This document shows, one piece after another, positions 15,563 to 23,915 of a DNA stretch of 64,000 bases (its first letter is position 1; each line of letters starts with the position of its first letter). The stretch spans positions 6,368 through 70,367 of the forward strand of contig JAHCRE010000006.1 of NCBI GenBank assembly GCA_020148145.1. Reading direction: 5' to 3'. The translations under genes were made by a program, and so were the position numbers. This stretch comes from Patescibacteria group bacterium. GTDB lineage: Bacteria; Patescibacteriota; Minisyncoccia; Minisyncoccales; JAHCRE01. Below the pieces are notes generated by a model. The model did not search any database. It was not told the DNA's origin and saw nothing but the letters and a program-made list of their open reading frames with translations.

Positions 15563-15633
15563 CTGGAGGGGTAGGATTCGAACCTACATTACGGGTTCCA
15601 GAGACCCGCTGCCTACCGTTAGCAGACCCTCCA
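15563..15633 (-). tRNA. tRNA-Gln (anticodon CUG)
   Basis: Hand-folded cloverleaf. Acceptor stem UGGAGGG/CCCUCCA with U1:A72, anticodon loop CUCUGGA, T arm GUAGG-UUCGAAU-CCUAC, G73. CCA not encoded. Confidence 0.85.
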
Positions 15634-15645
15634 AAATAACGAGAA

Positions 15646-16551
15646 TTATACTTCTAAATATCTCCTGATAGCAATTATACTGGAAATTACCCCTAATCCT
15701 ATTCCGGTTAAAATCTGAATTAAAAGCAATGTCCAGAAATTACTGACAAAGAAACTGTAAATATTTAAACCGGGAATGAGAATTTCCAGTTTTGGACTTA
15801 AAAAATAGCAAAGAGGAAGAAAAATTAAAAGGCAAATTAGAGTAGCGAGAAAACCAGAAATTACTCCCTGGATTAAAAAGGGTCCTCTGATAAACCGATT
15901 TGAGGCACCAACTAATCTCTGAATTTCAATTTCCTCTCTTGAGTTATAAATTGCTAATTTAATGGTATTAAAGGCAATTAAAATGGCCAATATCCCAAAA
16001 ATCAAACTGGCTCCAATTCCCGCTTTGTTAATCCCGGAGGTTATTGAGAAAATTCTTTCAATGACTGGTTTTCTTTGATAATAATCAACTTTTTCAATTA
16101 GATTTTCAGAGGAATTGTCTTCTAAAAAATTTGCGACAATTCCGTATTGAGTGGCTTCCCAGGCTTTAATATTTAAGGCAGCTAAAAAGGGGTTTTCAAC
16201 CTCAACCAAAGAGGCCATTAACAAAGGATTATCTTTGTGCCTCTGAGTAAATCTTTCTAAAGCCTCAGTTCGAGAAACATATTCTATATTCTTTACTTCT
16301 GGAATCTTAGAAATTTCGTCCTTTAGTTCTAAAATATCTTCTTCTGGAGAATCTTCTTTAAAATAAACTGAAATATCAACTTTTTCTTGAAGGCTCAAAA
16401 TCAAAAATCGAGTCGCTTTTTGTGAAATAAAAAGGGAGGTGGCCAAAGAAATAACAATCAACATAATAAAAATAGTAGCCAAAGATAATCCGCTATTCCT
16501 TTTAAAATTTAACCAACCAGATTTAAATATTCTTTTAATTAGTACAAACAT
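15646..16551 (-). CDS. ftsX: Cell division permease FtsX
   Basis: 301 aa. N-terminal TM helix, periplasmic domain, three C-terminal TM helices. Follows ftsE. Confidence 0.9.
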   Translation of the reverse strand: MFVLIKRIFKSGWLNFKRNSGLSLATIFIMLIVISLATSLFISQKATRFLILSLQEKVDISVYFKEDSPEEDILELKDEISKIPEVKNIEYVSRTEALERFTQRHKDNPLLMASLVEVENPFLAALNIKAWEATQYGIVANFLEDNSSENLIEKVDYYQRKPVIERIFSITSGINKAGIGASLIFGILAILIAFNTIKLAIYNSREEIEIQRLVGASNRFIRGPFLIQGVISGFLATLICLLIFLPLCYFLSPKLEILIPGLNIYSFFVSNFWTLLLIQILTGIGLGVISSIIAIRRYLEV

Positions 16552-16638
16552 TAATTTAGCTTTTTAGCTTCTTAGCCGGTTAGCTTATTAGAAATTTATA
16601 TCTTTACCTAAAAAGCTAATAAACTACAAACTAGTCAG
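16552..16638 (-). repeat. AT-rich intergenic hairpin repeat, family W copy 1 (ftsE-ftsX spacer)
   Basis: TTAGCTTTTTAGCTTCTTAGCCGGTTAGCTTATTAG...CTAAAAAGCTAATAAACTACA. Second copy at 48495-48631. Confidence 0.75.
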
Positions 16639-17319
16639 CTACAGAATGAATCGGCCTTTTTCTTTATCCCTAATTATTCTTCCCTCCTCCAGGGTTATTA
16701 CCCTTTTCCTTAAGATATTAATTATTTCCTTATTATGGGTGGCTAAAATAACAGTAGTTCCCAATTCCTGAATTCTCAATAAAAGTCTAATAATGTCTGA
16801 GGCGTGATAGGGATCTAAATTACCAGTTGGTTCATCGGCTAAAATAACATCAGGTCGATGGATAAAAGCCCGAGCAAGGGCTGTTCTTTGACGCTCTCCC
16901 TGGGAAAGTTCAGCTGGGAAATTATCGGCCCGATCAGTCAATCCAACAATTTCCAAAACTTCAGGAACCTGACGGGCAATTTCCTCGTCTGTTGCCCCAA
17001 TTACTTCTAAAGTATAGGCAATATTTTCATAAGTTGTTTTTGAAGGTAGAAGTTTATAATCCTGGAAAACTGTCCCAATTCTTCGCCTTAGTTGAGGAAG
17101 ATCACCTCTTTCTATTCTATGAACATCGTTTTTATCAAAAAAAACTCTTCCTTTAGTTGGTCTTTCTTCGGCTAGGAGTAATTTAAACAAAGTTGTTTTA
17201 CCAGCCCCCGATCTTCCGACAATTGAAACAAACTCTTTTTTTGCTACTTCAAAAGAGATATCCTCTAAGGCAATAGTATTTGGAGGATAGACTTTAGTAA
17301 TATTCTGAAATTTAATCAT
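16639..17319 (-). CDS. ftsE: Cell division ATP-binding protein FtsE
   Basis: GRSGAGKTT Walker A, LSQGERQR signature, ILADEPTGNLD Walker B. Confidence 0.92.
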   Translation of the reverse strand: MIKFQNITKVYPPNTIALEDISFEVAKKEFVSIVGRSGAGKTTLFKLLLAEERPTKGRVFFDKNDVHRIERGDLPQLRRRIGTVFQDYKLLPSKTTYENIAYTLEVIGATDEEIARQVPEVLEIVGLTDRADNFPAELSQGERQRTALARAFIHRPDVILADEPTGNLDPYHASDIIRLLLRIQELGTTVILATHNKEIINILRKRVITLEEGRIIRDKEKGRFIL

Positions 17320-18413
17320 TTAATTTTATTTGGGCTTCAATAAATTTATCTAAATTACCATCCAAAACCCCTTCAACGTCAGATGTTTCTATTTTGGTTC
17401 TGAGATCTTTGACAAGTTTATAAGGATGTAAAACATAAGATCTAATTTGATTTCCCCAGCTAGCCGAAATTAGACTACCTTTGATTTCTTTTAACTCTTT
17501 TTTTTGTTTTTTTGCTTTCAGTTGAAGAAGTTTAGCATATAAAACCTTCATTGCCTTTTCTCGATTTAGTCCCTGGAGTCTTTCGCCTTGACAGGAAACA
17601 GTAATTTTAGTTGGTAAATGGGTGATTCTAACTGCCGATTCTCTCCTGTTCACATACTGACCACCAGGACCTGAAGCTCTAAAAGTTTCTAATTTTAGAT
17701 CATCCTGTTTAATTTTAATATTCTGTTCCTCAACTTTTCCAATCTCGGGCAAAACTTCAACTAGGGCAAAAGAGGTATGACGAAGGCTCTTTGGAGAAAA
17801 GGGAGAAATTCTAACAAGTCTGTGAACTCCAGTTTCTTTTTTAAGGAAACCGAAGGCATAAGGTCCTTTAATCTCTAGAGTGGCTGATTTTGTCCCAATT
17901 CTTCCTTCTGGACCACCTCCTTGACCAAAGGATTGGTCTAAAATTTTTGTTTTATACCCCGAAACCAGGCAATACCTTTGATACATTCTAAGTAACATTG
18001 TTGCCCAATCTTGAGCATCCTGTCCACCTGCCCCGGCCATTATCTGTAAAGTCGCACTTCCCTTGTCATATTTTCCAGAAAGAAAGATTCTCAGTTCTTC
18101 CTTTTTAATTTTAGTTTCTAAAATCTGAATTCTTTTTTGTATCTCTAATTCTTTAAAATCTTTCTCCTTAAGTAAAGCACTCAATCCTTTTAGTTCCCTT
18201 AATATCTGATCCCATTTTTTTACCTCATTAGAAATGTGAGCCAATTCTTGACTAATTTCAGTTGCCCTAACTTTTTCTTTCCAAAAATCGGCTTTTTGAG
18301 ATTCTTTTTTAAATTCTCTAATTTTCTCTCTCTTTTTTTCTAAGTCAAAGACGGTCCATCAACTGATGGATTTTAGTTTGAAGTTCTTTTAATTTTAAAA
18401 ATAGATCAGCCAT
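17312..18413 (-). CDS. prfB: Peptide chain release factor 2, with programmed +1 frameshift
   Basis: Frame 0 gives MADLFLKLKELQTKIHQLMDRL, then CTT TGA C at 18350-18344. The +1 frame continues DLEKKREKIREF... into the 310-aa track ORF. SPF and GGQ motifs present. Confidence 0.9.
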
Positions 18414-18445
18414 AATTTTATTCCTTTTCTAATTAACTTCAATAA

Positions 18446-18517
18446 AGCCAGAGATCGGATTTGAACCGATGACCTGCGCTTTACGAGAGCGCTGCTCTTC
18501 CTCTGAGCTACTCTGGC
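18446..18517 (-). tRNA. tRNA-Thr (anticodon CGU)
   Basis: Hand-folded. GCCAGAG/CUCUGGC acceptor stem, loop CUCGUAA, T arm AUCGG-UUCAAAU-CCGAU. Confidence 0.88.
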
Positions 18518-18536
18518 ATCATAGCTCTTCAATTTA

Positions 18537-18607
18537 AGCGGGATACGGGGATTGAACCCGTGTCTCAACCTTGGGAAGGTTGCATTGAGCCACTCAACTA
18601 ATCCCGC
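18537..18607 (-). tRNA. tRNA-Gly (anticodon CCC)
   Basis: Hand-folded. GCGGGAU/AUCCCGC acceptor stem, loop UUCCCAA, T arm ACGGG-UUCAAUC-CCCGU. Confidence 0.85.
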
Positions 18608-18663
18608 AGATTTGCTACGAAACTTGGGAAAAGTCACAGTAACCATTATACGACACCCGCCCA

Positions 18664-19062
18664 TTAAAATTTTAACTTTTCTAACTTTTCTAAAATTTTC
18701 TGCCAGAGGCTTTTTGGCTCCTCGGTTTTTTCTTCCTCTGTTTCTCCTGATGGCGAAATAACTACTACCTCTTCTCCTTCTTTTTTGAGTAAAAACTTTT
18801 CTCTGGCCACTTTTTCTAAATAGCTTTCATCTGAAATCTGAAAAATTCCAGCTTTTAATTCCTCATTTTTTTTCTCTAGAGTTTGGATTTCTTCTTTTAA
18901 GCGCTCAATTTGGGAGGTAAGTTCTCTCTTTCTTTGATTTATTCTTGAATTAGAAAGGAGTAAAAAGGCGATTATTCCTAAGGCGAAAAGGGTTGAAAAA
19001 ATAGTAAAAAGGACTTTCTTATAAAGGCGCTTCCTTTTAAATTTCTTTGATTTTGCTATCAT
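18664..19062 (-). CDS. Septum formation initiator (FtsB/DivIC-like)
   Basis: 132 aa. N-terminal TM helix followed by coiled coil RELTSQIERLKEEIQTLEKKNEELK. Confidence 0.7.
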   Translation of the reverse strand: MIAKSKKFKRKRLYKKVLFTIFSTLFALGIIAFLLLSNSRINQRKRELTSQIERLKEEIQTLEKKNEELKAGIFQISDESYLEKVAREKFLLKKEGEEVVVISPSGETEEEKTEEPKSLWQKILEKLEKLKF

Positions 19063-19210
19063 ATACCAATATGCCTAAAATTAGACCGAAGAAAATTTTT
19101 AGAATAATCTGGATTATTATAGTCTTTTCAGTGATCTTAAGTACAGTTTTCTTTCTAATCGCTCCCCTATTTTGATTATACAGAATTAATAAAATTTTAA
19201 AAGGGTAGTA

Positions 19211-19240
19211 AAAAACAGCGGTCATTTGAGCCGCTTTTTA
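19211..19240 (-). terminator. Rho-independent terminator after lepA
   Basis: Minus strand reads AAAAAGCGGCTCAAATGACCGCTGTTTTTT. Confidence 0.6.
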
Positions 19241-19287
19241 ACGAACTGTTTTAAGATAGCGAAATAATTAAGAATTGTCAACTTCTT

Positions 19288-21096
19288 TTAGGCCTTAAAT
19301 ATTTCTAAAAATACCTTTGTAGGAATTCTTACCCCTCCAATTTCTTTTAATTTTTTCTTGCCTTTTTTTTGTTTTTCTAGAAGCTTTCGCTTCCGAGTGT
19401 AATCACCACCATAAAGAGGAGCGGTAACGTCTTTTCTCCTAGCTTTTATTGTTTCCCGGGCAATAATTTTTCCGCCAACTGCTGCCTGGAGGGCAACAGA
19501 AAAAAGTTGGGAAGGCAAAATTTCTTTTAATTTTTTAACAATCTTTTTTCCTTCTTCAAGGGTCCTATTTTTTGGAACGATTTTTGAAAAAACCTCTTCT
19601 TTTTTCCCAGCAATTAAAATTTCAAGTTTTATTAAATCTGCCGGCCGATAGCCTAAAATTTCATAATTCATTGAGGCAAAACCCTGACTTTGCCCTTTAA
19701 GTTGATCATAAAATCCGACAATAATTTCTCTTAAAGGGACCTCGTAAATTAGAAGTAATCGATCCTGGCTGAAATACTTTTTTTCAATGTAATTTCCTTC
19801 CAATTTTTCGACGATTTCTAAAACTCGGCCAAGATAACCCGATGGGGTAATAATTTCTAATCTTACCCAGGGTTCTTGAATTTCTTTTATAACTGAAGGG
19901 TTGGGCCAATCACTGGGGGAATAAACAAAAAATGTTTCATTATTTTTTTTGATAATTTTATAAACCACTGAGGGGGTGGAAATTACCAAATTCAAGTCAA
20001 ATTCTCTTTTTAATCTCTCAGCGACAATTTCGATATGGAGGGAACCTAAAAATCCACAAAGATATCCTCGACCGAGACCCTCTTTTCTTTCTGGTTCAAA
20101 AATAAGAGAGGCATCGTTCAATTTCAATTTCATCAAAGCTTCTTTTAAAAGATTAAAATCATCAGGATTTTCTGGATAAAAACTAGCAAAAATCATGGGT
20201 TTAGGCTCCAAATAACCAGGTAATGACTTCACTGAGTGACTGAGTGACTGAGCGACTGAGTGACTGGTAATGGTATCCCCTACCCTTACCCTTCCCGGTT
20301 CTTTAATTCCAGTAGCAATATAACCAATTTCACCTGTCTTTAACTCTTCCTGAGGTAAGAATTGAGGTCCAAAGAAACCTAGCTCTTTTACTTTACCCTC
20401 TATCTTTCCAGCCAATAAATAAAGGTTTTGTCCATTTTTAATCTTGCCATCAACTATTCGGACAAAACAGATTACTCCCTTATAAGGATCGTATTTTGAA
20501 TCAAAAATTAGAGCCCGCAAGGGCCCTTTTATATCGCCTCCTGGAGAGGGAATTTTTTCAATTGTCGTTTTTAAAATCTCTGGGGTGTTGGTTCCGTATT
20601 TGGCTGAAATTTTCATAACCTCTTTTTTTTCTATACCCAAAAGGTTAGCCATTTCCTCAGTTGTTTCCTTAATTCGAGCATTAGAGAGGTCAATTTTATT
20701 AACCACTGGTAGAATCACTAAATTTTGCTTTTTAGCCAAATCTAAGTTTGCCAATGTCTGGGCCTGAATTCCCTGAGTAGCGTCAATTAATAAAATTGCT
20801 CCTTCAACCGCTGCCAAAGAACGAGAAACTTCGTAAGAGAAATCAACGTGGCCAGGGGTATCAATCAAGTTCAGGGTATAGGGTTTAGCTACTAGGGTAT
20901 AATTCATTCTTACGGGATGCATTTTTATTGTAATGCCTTTGCCTCTTTCTAAATCCATTGTATCGAGATATTGTGGCCTCATTTCTTTTTTATCTACGGT
21001 CTCTGTCAACTCTAAAAAGCGATCAGCCAAAGTTGACTTACCGTGATTTATGTGTGAGATAATACAGAAATTTCTGATAAAAGATTGATCTCTCAT
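19288..21096 (-). CDS. lepA: Translation elongation factor 4 (LepA)
   Basis: 602 aa. IRNFCIISHINHGKST, DTPGHVDF, NKID GTPase motifs and the LepA C-terminal region. Confidence 0.95.
   Translation of the reverse strand: MRDQSFIRNFCIISHINHGKSTLADRFLELTETVDKKEMRPQYLDTMDLERGKGITIKMHPVRMNYTLVAKPYTLNLIDTPGHVDFSYEVSRSLAAVEGAILLIDATQGIQAQTLANLDLAKKQNLVILPVVNKIDLSNARIKETTEEMANLLGIEKKEVMKISAKYGTNTPEILKTTIEKIPSPGGDIKGPLRALIFDSKYDPYKGVICFVRIVDGKIKNGQNLYLLAGKIEGKVKELGFFGPQFLPQEELKTGEIGYIATGIKEPGRVRVGDTITSHSVAQSLSHSVKSLPGYLEPKPMIFASFYPENPDDFNLLKEALMKLKLNDASLIFEPERKEGLGRGYLCGFLGSLHIEIVAERLKREFDLNLVISTPSVVYKIIKKNNETFFVYSPSDWPNPSVIKEIQEPWVRLEIITPSGYLGRVLEIVEKLEGNYIEKKYFSQDRLLLIYEVPLREIIVGFYDQLKGQSQGFASMNYEILGYRPADLIKLEILIAGKKEEVFSKIVPKNRTLEEGKKIVKKLKEILPSQLFSVALQAAVGGKIIARETIKARRKDVTAPLYGGDYTRKRKLLEKQKKGKKKLKEIGGVRIPTKVFLEIFKA
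20225..20267 (-). repeat. Tandem 8-nt repeat (TGAGTGAC x4 plus partial units) inside lepA
   Basis: Units at 20233-20264. Encodes SHSVAQSLSHSVKS. Confidence 0.85.
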
Positions 21097-22742
21097 GATT
21101 TGCTTTGAAATTGTCTTAAAATCGAATATTTAAAGGTTTCAAATTCCGGTGATTTTAAAAGAAAAGTGATTAAAATATAAACAAAACCACCCACTGCCCC
21201 AGCTAAAACCGTCTGAAGGGAAAGCCCAAAGACTGTTTTGGTGTTAACAAAATTGGCTGAAAAATAAAGAGTAAAATAAGTGAAAAGGATCATTAAAATA
21301 CTAGCTATAATAATTTTTGAAAGAGAGCGCCAAATTTCTATTAATTTTATATCACCGATTTTTTTATAAAAGAAAAATAAAAGCAAAATAAACTGAAAGA
21401 TAACACTCAAAGAGAAGGCTAAGGGTAATCCAGTAACTGATATATTTTCCATTCCCTCTAATTTTAAGATTGCCCTCAGGAAATCCTGAATAAAGTTAGG
21501 AAATTTTAAAAGCCGGACAAAATTAAAACTCAAAATAATATTTAAAATAACCGCTCCGACAGCAATTAAAGTAGGAGTTTTAGTGTCTTGCATGGAAAAG
21601 AAGGCCCGGGAAATCAAATGAATAAAAGCCAGGGCAAAAATTCCAATAGAAAAAAGTCCAAGACAGGCAGCGGTCAATTTAGTGGCTGGCCAATCAAATT
21701 CCTGGGGCCCTAAGGTCCCTAAAACTAATCTAATTATCTGAGCTCTTAAAATAAACATTAAGAGTGAAATTGGAATAATTAAAAAAAGAATATGTCGAAA
21801 GGCCAAAGAAAATTGTTCTAAAAATTTTTCTTTGTCATTACTAGCCCAAGCCTTAGAAAGAGTTGGAAAAACAGCAATGGCAAAAGGAATAGCAATTATT
21901 CCAATAGGAAAATACTGAAAATCATTTGCATAATTAAAAATAGCAATCCCACCAGCGATCGTTGAGGCAATAGCAGTAATTACCAAAAGGTTTATTTGTT
22001 GAGCAGCGACAGTGAAGGTTCGAGGGATCATTAAATAAAAAATCTTTTTTATAGCCGGATACTTAAAATCAAAAAGAAACCTATATGAAAAACCAGAATT
22101 TATAGCCGCCGGAATCTGAACTAGCCAGTGACAAAAAGCTCCTAAAATTACTCCATAAGCTAAGCCTAAAAGACCAAAGGTTGGATAAAAAAACAAAATC
22201 CCAAAAATAATTCCCAGATTATACAAAATAGGAGCTAACGAATAAACAAGGAATCGATTAAAATACTGCAGAATTCCAGAAAAGATATTTGACATCCCAA
22301 AGAAAATCGGGCTTAAAAACATTATTCTAGCCAAAACAACAGTTAAGGCTCTATCTTGAGGAGAAAAGCCAGGAACAATAATTTCCATTAACTGGGGGGC
22401 TAAAAAAAAGAGTACCAGTGAAGTTAAAATAAGGAGAAACAAAAAAATATTTAAAACGTAGTTTGTCATTTCCCAGGCTTTTTCTTTATTTTTAGTAAAA
22501 TATTCTGAAAACAATGGTAAAAAGGCAACCGCCAGTCCACCAACAATTAAAACATTATAAACTAAATCAGGGATTCTAAAGGCGGCTAAATAAATATTTG
22601 CCTCAGTTTTTGTTCCAAAGTAACCAGCCAAAAGCCCATTTCGAATAAGTCCTAAAATTCGACTGATTGCCGAAGAAAGACCGATTAAAATGGCAGCAAA
22701 GGTAACGGTTTTAGTTTGAGAATTAAAAATCCGATTAAACAT
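21093..22742 (-). CDS. murJ: Lipid II flippase MurJ/MviN
   Basis: 549 aa polytopic membrane protein. N-terminal LSRILGLIRNGLLAGYFG typical of MurJ. Confidence 0.85.
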   Translation of the reverse strand: MFNRIFNSQTKTVTFAAILIGLSSAISRILGLIRNGLLAGYFGTKTEANIYLAAFRIPDLVYNVLIVGGLAVAFLPLFSEYFTKNKEKAWEMTNYVLNIFLFLLILTSLVLFFLAPQLMEIIVPGFSPQDRALTVVLARIMFLSPIFFGMSNIFSGILQYFNRFLVYSLAPILYNLGIIFGILFFYPTFGLLGLAYGVILGAFCHWLVQIPAAINSGFSYRFLFDFKYPAIKKIFYLMIPRTFTVAAQQINLLVITAIASTIAGGIAIFNYANDFQYFPIGIIAIPFAIAVFPTLSKAWASNDKEKFLEQFSLAFRHILFLIIPISLLMFILRAQIIRLVLGTLGPQEFDWPATKLTAACLGLFSIGIFALAFIHLISRAFFSMQDTKTPTLIAVGAVILNIILSFNFVRLLKFPNFIQDFLRAILKLEGMENISVTGLPLAFSLSVIFQFILLLFFFYKKIGDIKLIEIWRSLSKIIIASILMILFTYFTLYFSANFVNTKTVFGLSLQTVLAGAVGGFVYILITFLLKSPEFETFKYSILRQFQSKS

Positions 22743-22772
22743 TTTATATTAAGTTAATATATCATTATACCC

Positions 22773-22801
22773 TTGACAGAAAAAAATTAAAGGGTTAAAA
22801 T
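22773..22801 (+). promoter_or_regulatory. Sigma70-type promoter TTGACA-17-TAAAAT for RNase P RNA
   Basis: TTGACA at 22773-22778 and TAAAAT at 22796-22801. The RNA 5' end lies about 7 nt downstream. Confidence 0.6.
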
Positions 22802-22807
22802 GAATTT

Positions 22808-23177
22808 GTCCTAGTAAGTCGGGTGATTGCGGATCGTTTTTACGATCTGAGGAAAGTCCGAACACCCATTTCCATCGCTGAGACGGATCTAAAAAGATAG
22901 CGGTTAACAACCGTCGATCGTAAGATTAGAGGTGCGAACAGAGACGCCGAGGCTCGAAAGGGTCGAGGCGCCCTCCGAAGCCAAAGGCCTCGGAGGGCGA
23001 GTTCAGCCTAAAGGCTGAGGTGAAACGGCTAAATCCTTATCGGGTGCAAGAACAAACCAAAGTTCTGCTAAATCTTGTAGAACTCTTGGAAAAGTAGTTC
23101 GCCTGAGCCCAGTGGTAACATTGGGCCTAGAGAGATAATCACTTAAAACAGAATTCGGCTTATGGACTTACTAGGAC
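22808..23177 (+). ncRNA. rnpB: RNase P RNA (bacterial type)
   Basis: P1 stem GTCCTAGTAAGTC/GACTTACTAGGAC. Universal GAGGAAAGTCCGAACAC near the 5' end and ACAGAATTCGGCTTAT near the 3' end. Confidence 0.9.
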
Positions 23178-23180
23178 ATT

Positions 23181-23208
23181 AAAAAACAGGGAATATCCCC
23201 TGTTTTTT
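23181..23208. terminator. Bidirectional terminator between rnpB and rnhA
   Basis: AAAAAACAGGGAATATCCCCTGTTTTTT. Confidence 0.65.
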
Positions 23209-23216
23209 AATTATAT

Positions 23217-23660
23217 TTAGACTAATTTCTGAGTCTTTGCTCGAATATTGAGAGCTTCATTTACCAGCCTATCGGCCTCTTTATTTTTTTCTCGAGAAAT
23301 GAGTTTAAATTTAACTTTTTTAAAATCAATTTTTAGGTTCCAGGCTTTTAAAAAAAGAGGTTGAATTTTTGAATCTAAAATTTTGAATTGACCTCGCAAT
23401 TGTTTTACTAAAAGCTCTGAATCTGATCTTAATTCGATTTCTGAGTTTTTGGCTAATTTTTTTCCAAAAAGAGCCTTAAATTTTTTCAAAGCAGAAATGC
23501 AAGCTAAATACTCAGCCTCGTTATTTGTAAAATTCTCACCCAAATACTGAGAGTATTTTTTTATCATCTGACCCTTTTCATTACAAAACAAAGCTCCAAT
23601 GGCCGCCGGCCCAGGATTACCCCTGGAACCTCCGTCGATGTAAATTATTATCTTTTTCAT
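23217..23660 (-). CDS. rnhA: Ribonuclease HI
   Basis: Start set at the internal ATG (MKKIIIYIDGGSRGNPGPAAIG...). NNEAEY and the ADRL motif are present. The upstream part of the 214-aa track ORF is read-through of a repeat element. Confidence 0.85.
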   Translation of the reverse strand: MKKIIIYIDGGSRGNPGPAAIGALFCNEKGQMIKKYSQYLGENFTNNEAEYLACISALKKFKALFGKKLAKNSEIELRSDSELLVKQLRGQFKILDSKIQPLFLKAWNLKIDFKKVKFKLISREKNKEADRLVNEALNIRAKTQKLV

Positions 23661-23695
23661 AGGTTTAAAAGTATACTTTATATTAAAATCTGACA

Positions 23696-23846
23696 GTAAT
23701 CCTGGGCCACAGAAAGGGGTCGGGAAAACTGGGTGTTTTCCCGTAGTGGAAGTATTGAAACCGCAAGGTTTCAAGGAGCGAAGCGAAGCCCCGAAGGGGC
23801 GCTCGAGCCGAAGGCGAGAGAGAGTGGAGCGACGGCCCAGGATTAC
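23696..23846 (-). repeat. GC-rich multi-hairpin repeat, family X copy Z (inverted relative to the X1/X2 copies)
   Basis: Bounded by the 13-bp inverted repeat GTAATCCTGGGCC (23696-23708) / GGCCCAGGATTAC (23834-23846). Its reverse complement aligns with 47213-47351. Confidence 0.75.
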
Positions 23847-23886
23847 CTCTTGAGCCTCCATCTATGTAAATAATAATTTTTTTCAT
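23834..23886 (-). pseudogene. Duplicated 5' fragment of rnhA (codons 1-18)
   Basis: ATGAAAAAAATTATTATTTACATAGATGGAGGCTCAAGAGGTAATCCTGGGCC versus the real gene at 23608-23660. 8 differences, all synonymous third positions. Confidence 0.7.
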
Positions 23887-23915
23887 AATTTTTAGATTTT
23901 TTTTCGTGGTGACAG

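Noticed and set aside
18395-18664. Track ORFs overlying tRNA genes (18395-18664; also 30254-30514, 30257-30484, 30501-30701, 15417-15668)
   Set aside because: They are explained by tRNA-Thr/Gly, the tRNA cluster and tRNA-Gln. None has a coding signature.
19037-19225. 62-aa minus-strand ORF, and a 33-aa plus-strand ORF (19071-19172, MPKIRPKKIFRIIWIIIVFSVILSTVFFLIAPLF), in the lepA-ftsB spacer
   Set aside because: The minus-strand ORF starts inside the lepA terminator loop and overlaps the ftsB-like start. The plus-strand mini-ORF looks like a TM peptide but has no Shine-Dalgarno sequence or promoter and opposes local transcription. Evidence is insufficient for either.
20225-20267. CRISPR array or other spacer-repeat structure
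   Set aside because: The only tandem repeats are this 8-mer inside lepA and short iterons at 12709-12784. No repeat-spacer periodicity of 25-40 nt appears anywhere in the window, and there are no cas genes. The Cas4-like nuclease at 44330-45034 is solitary.
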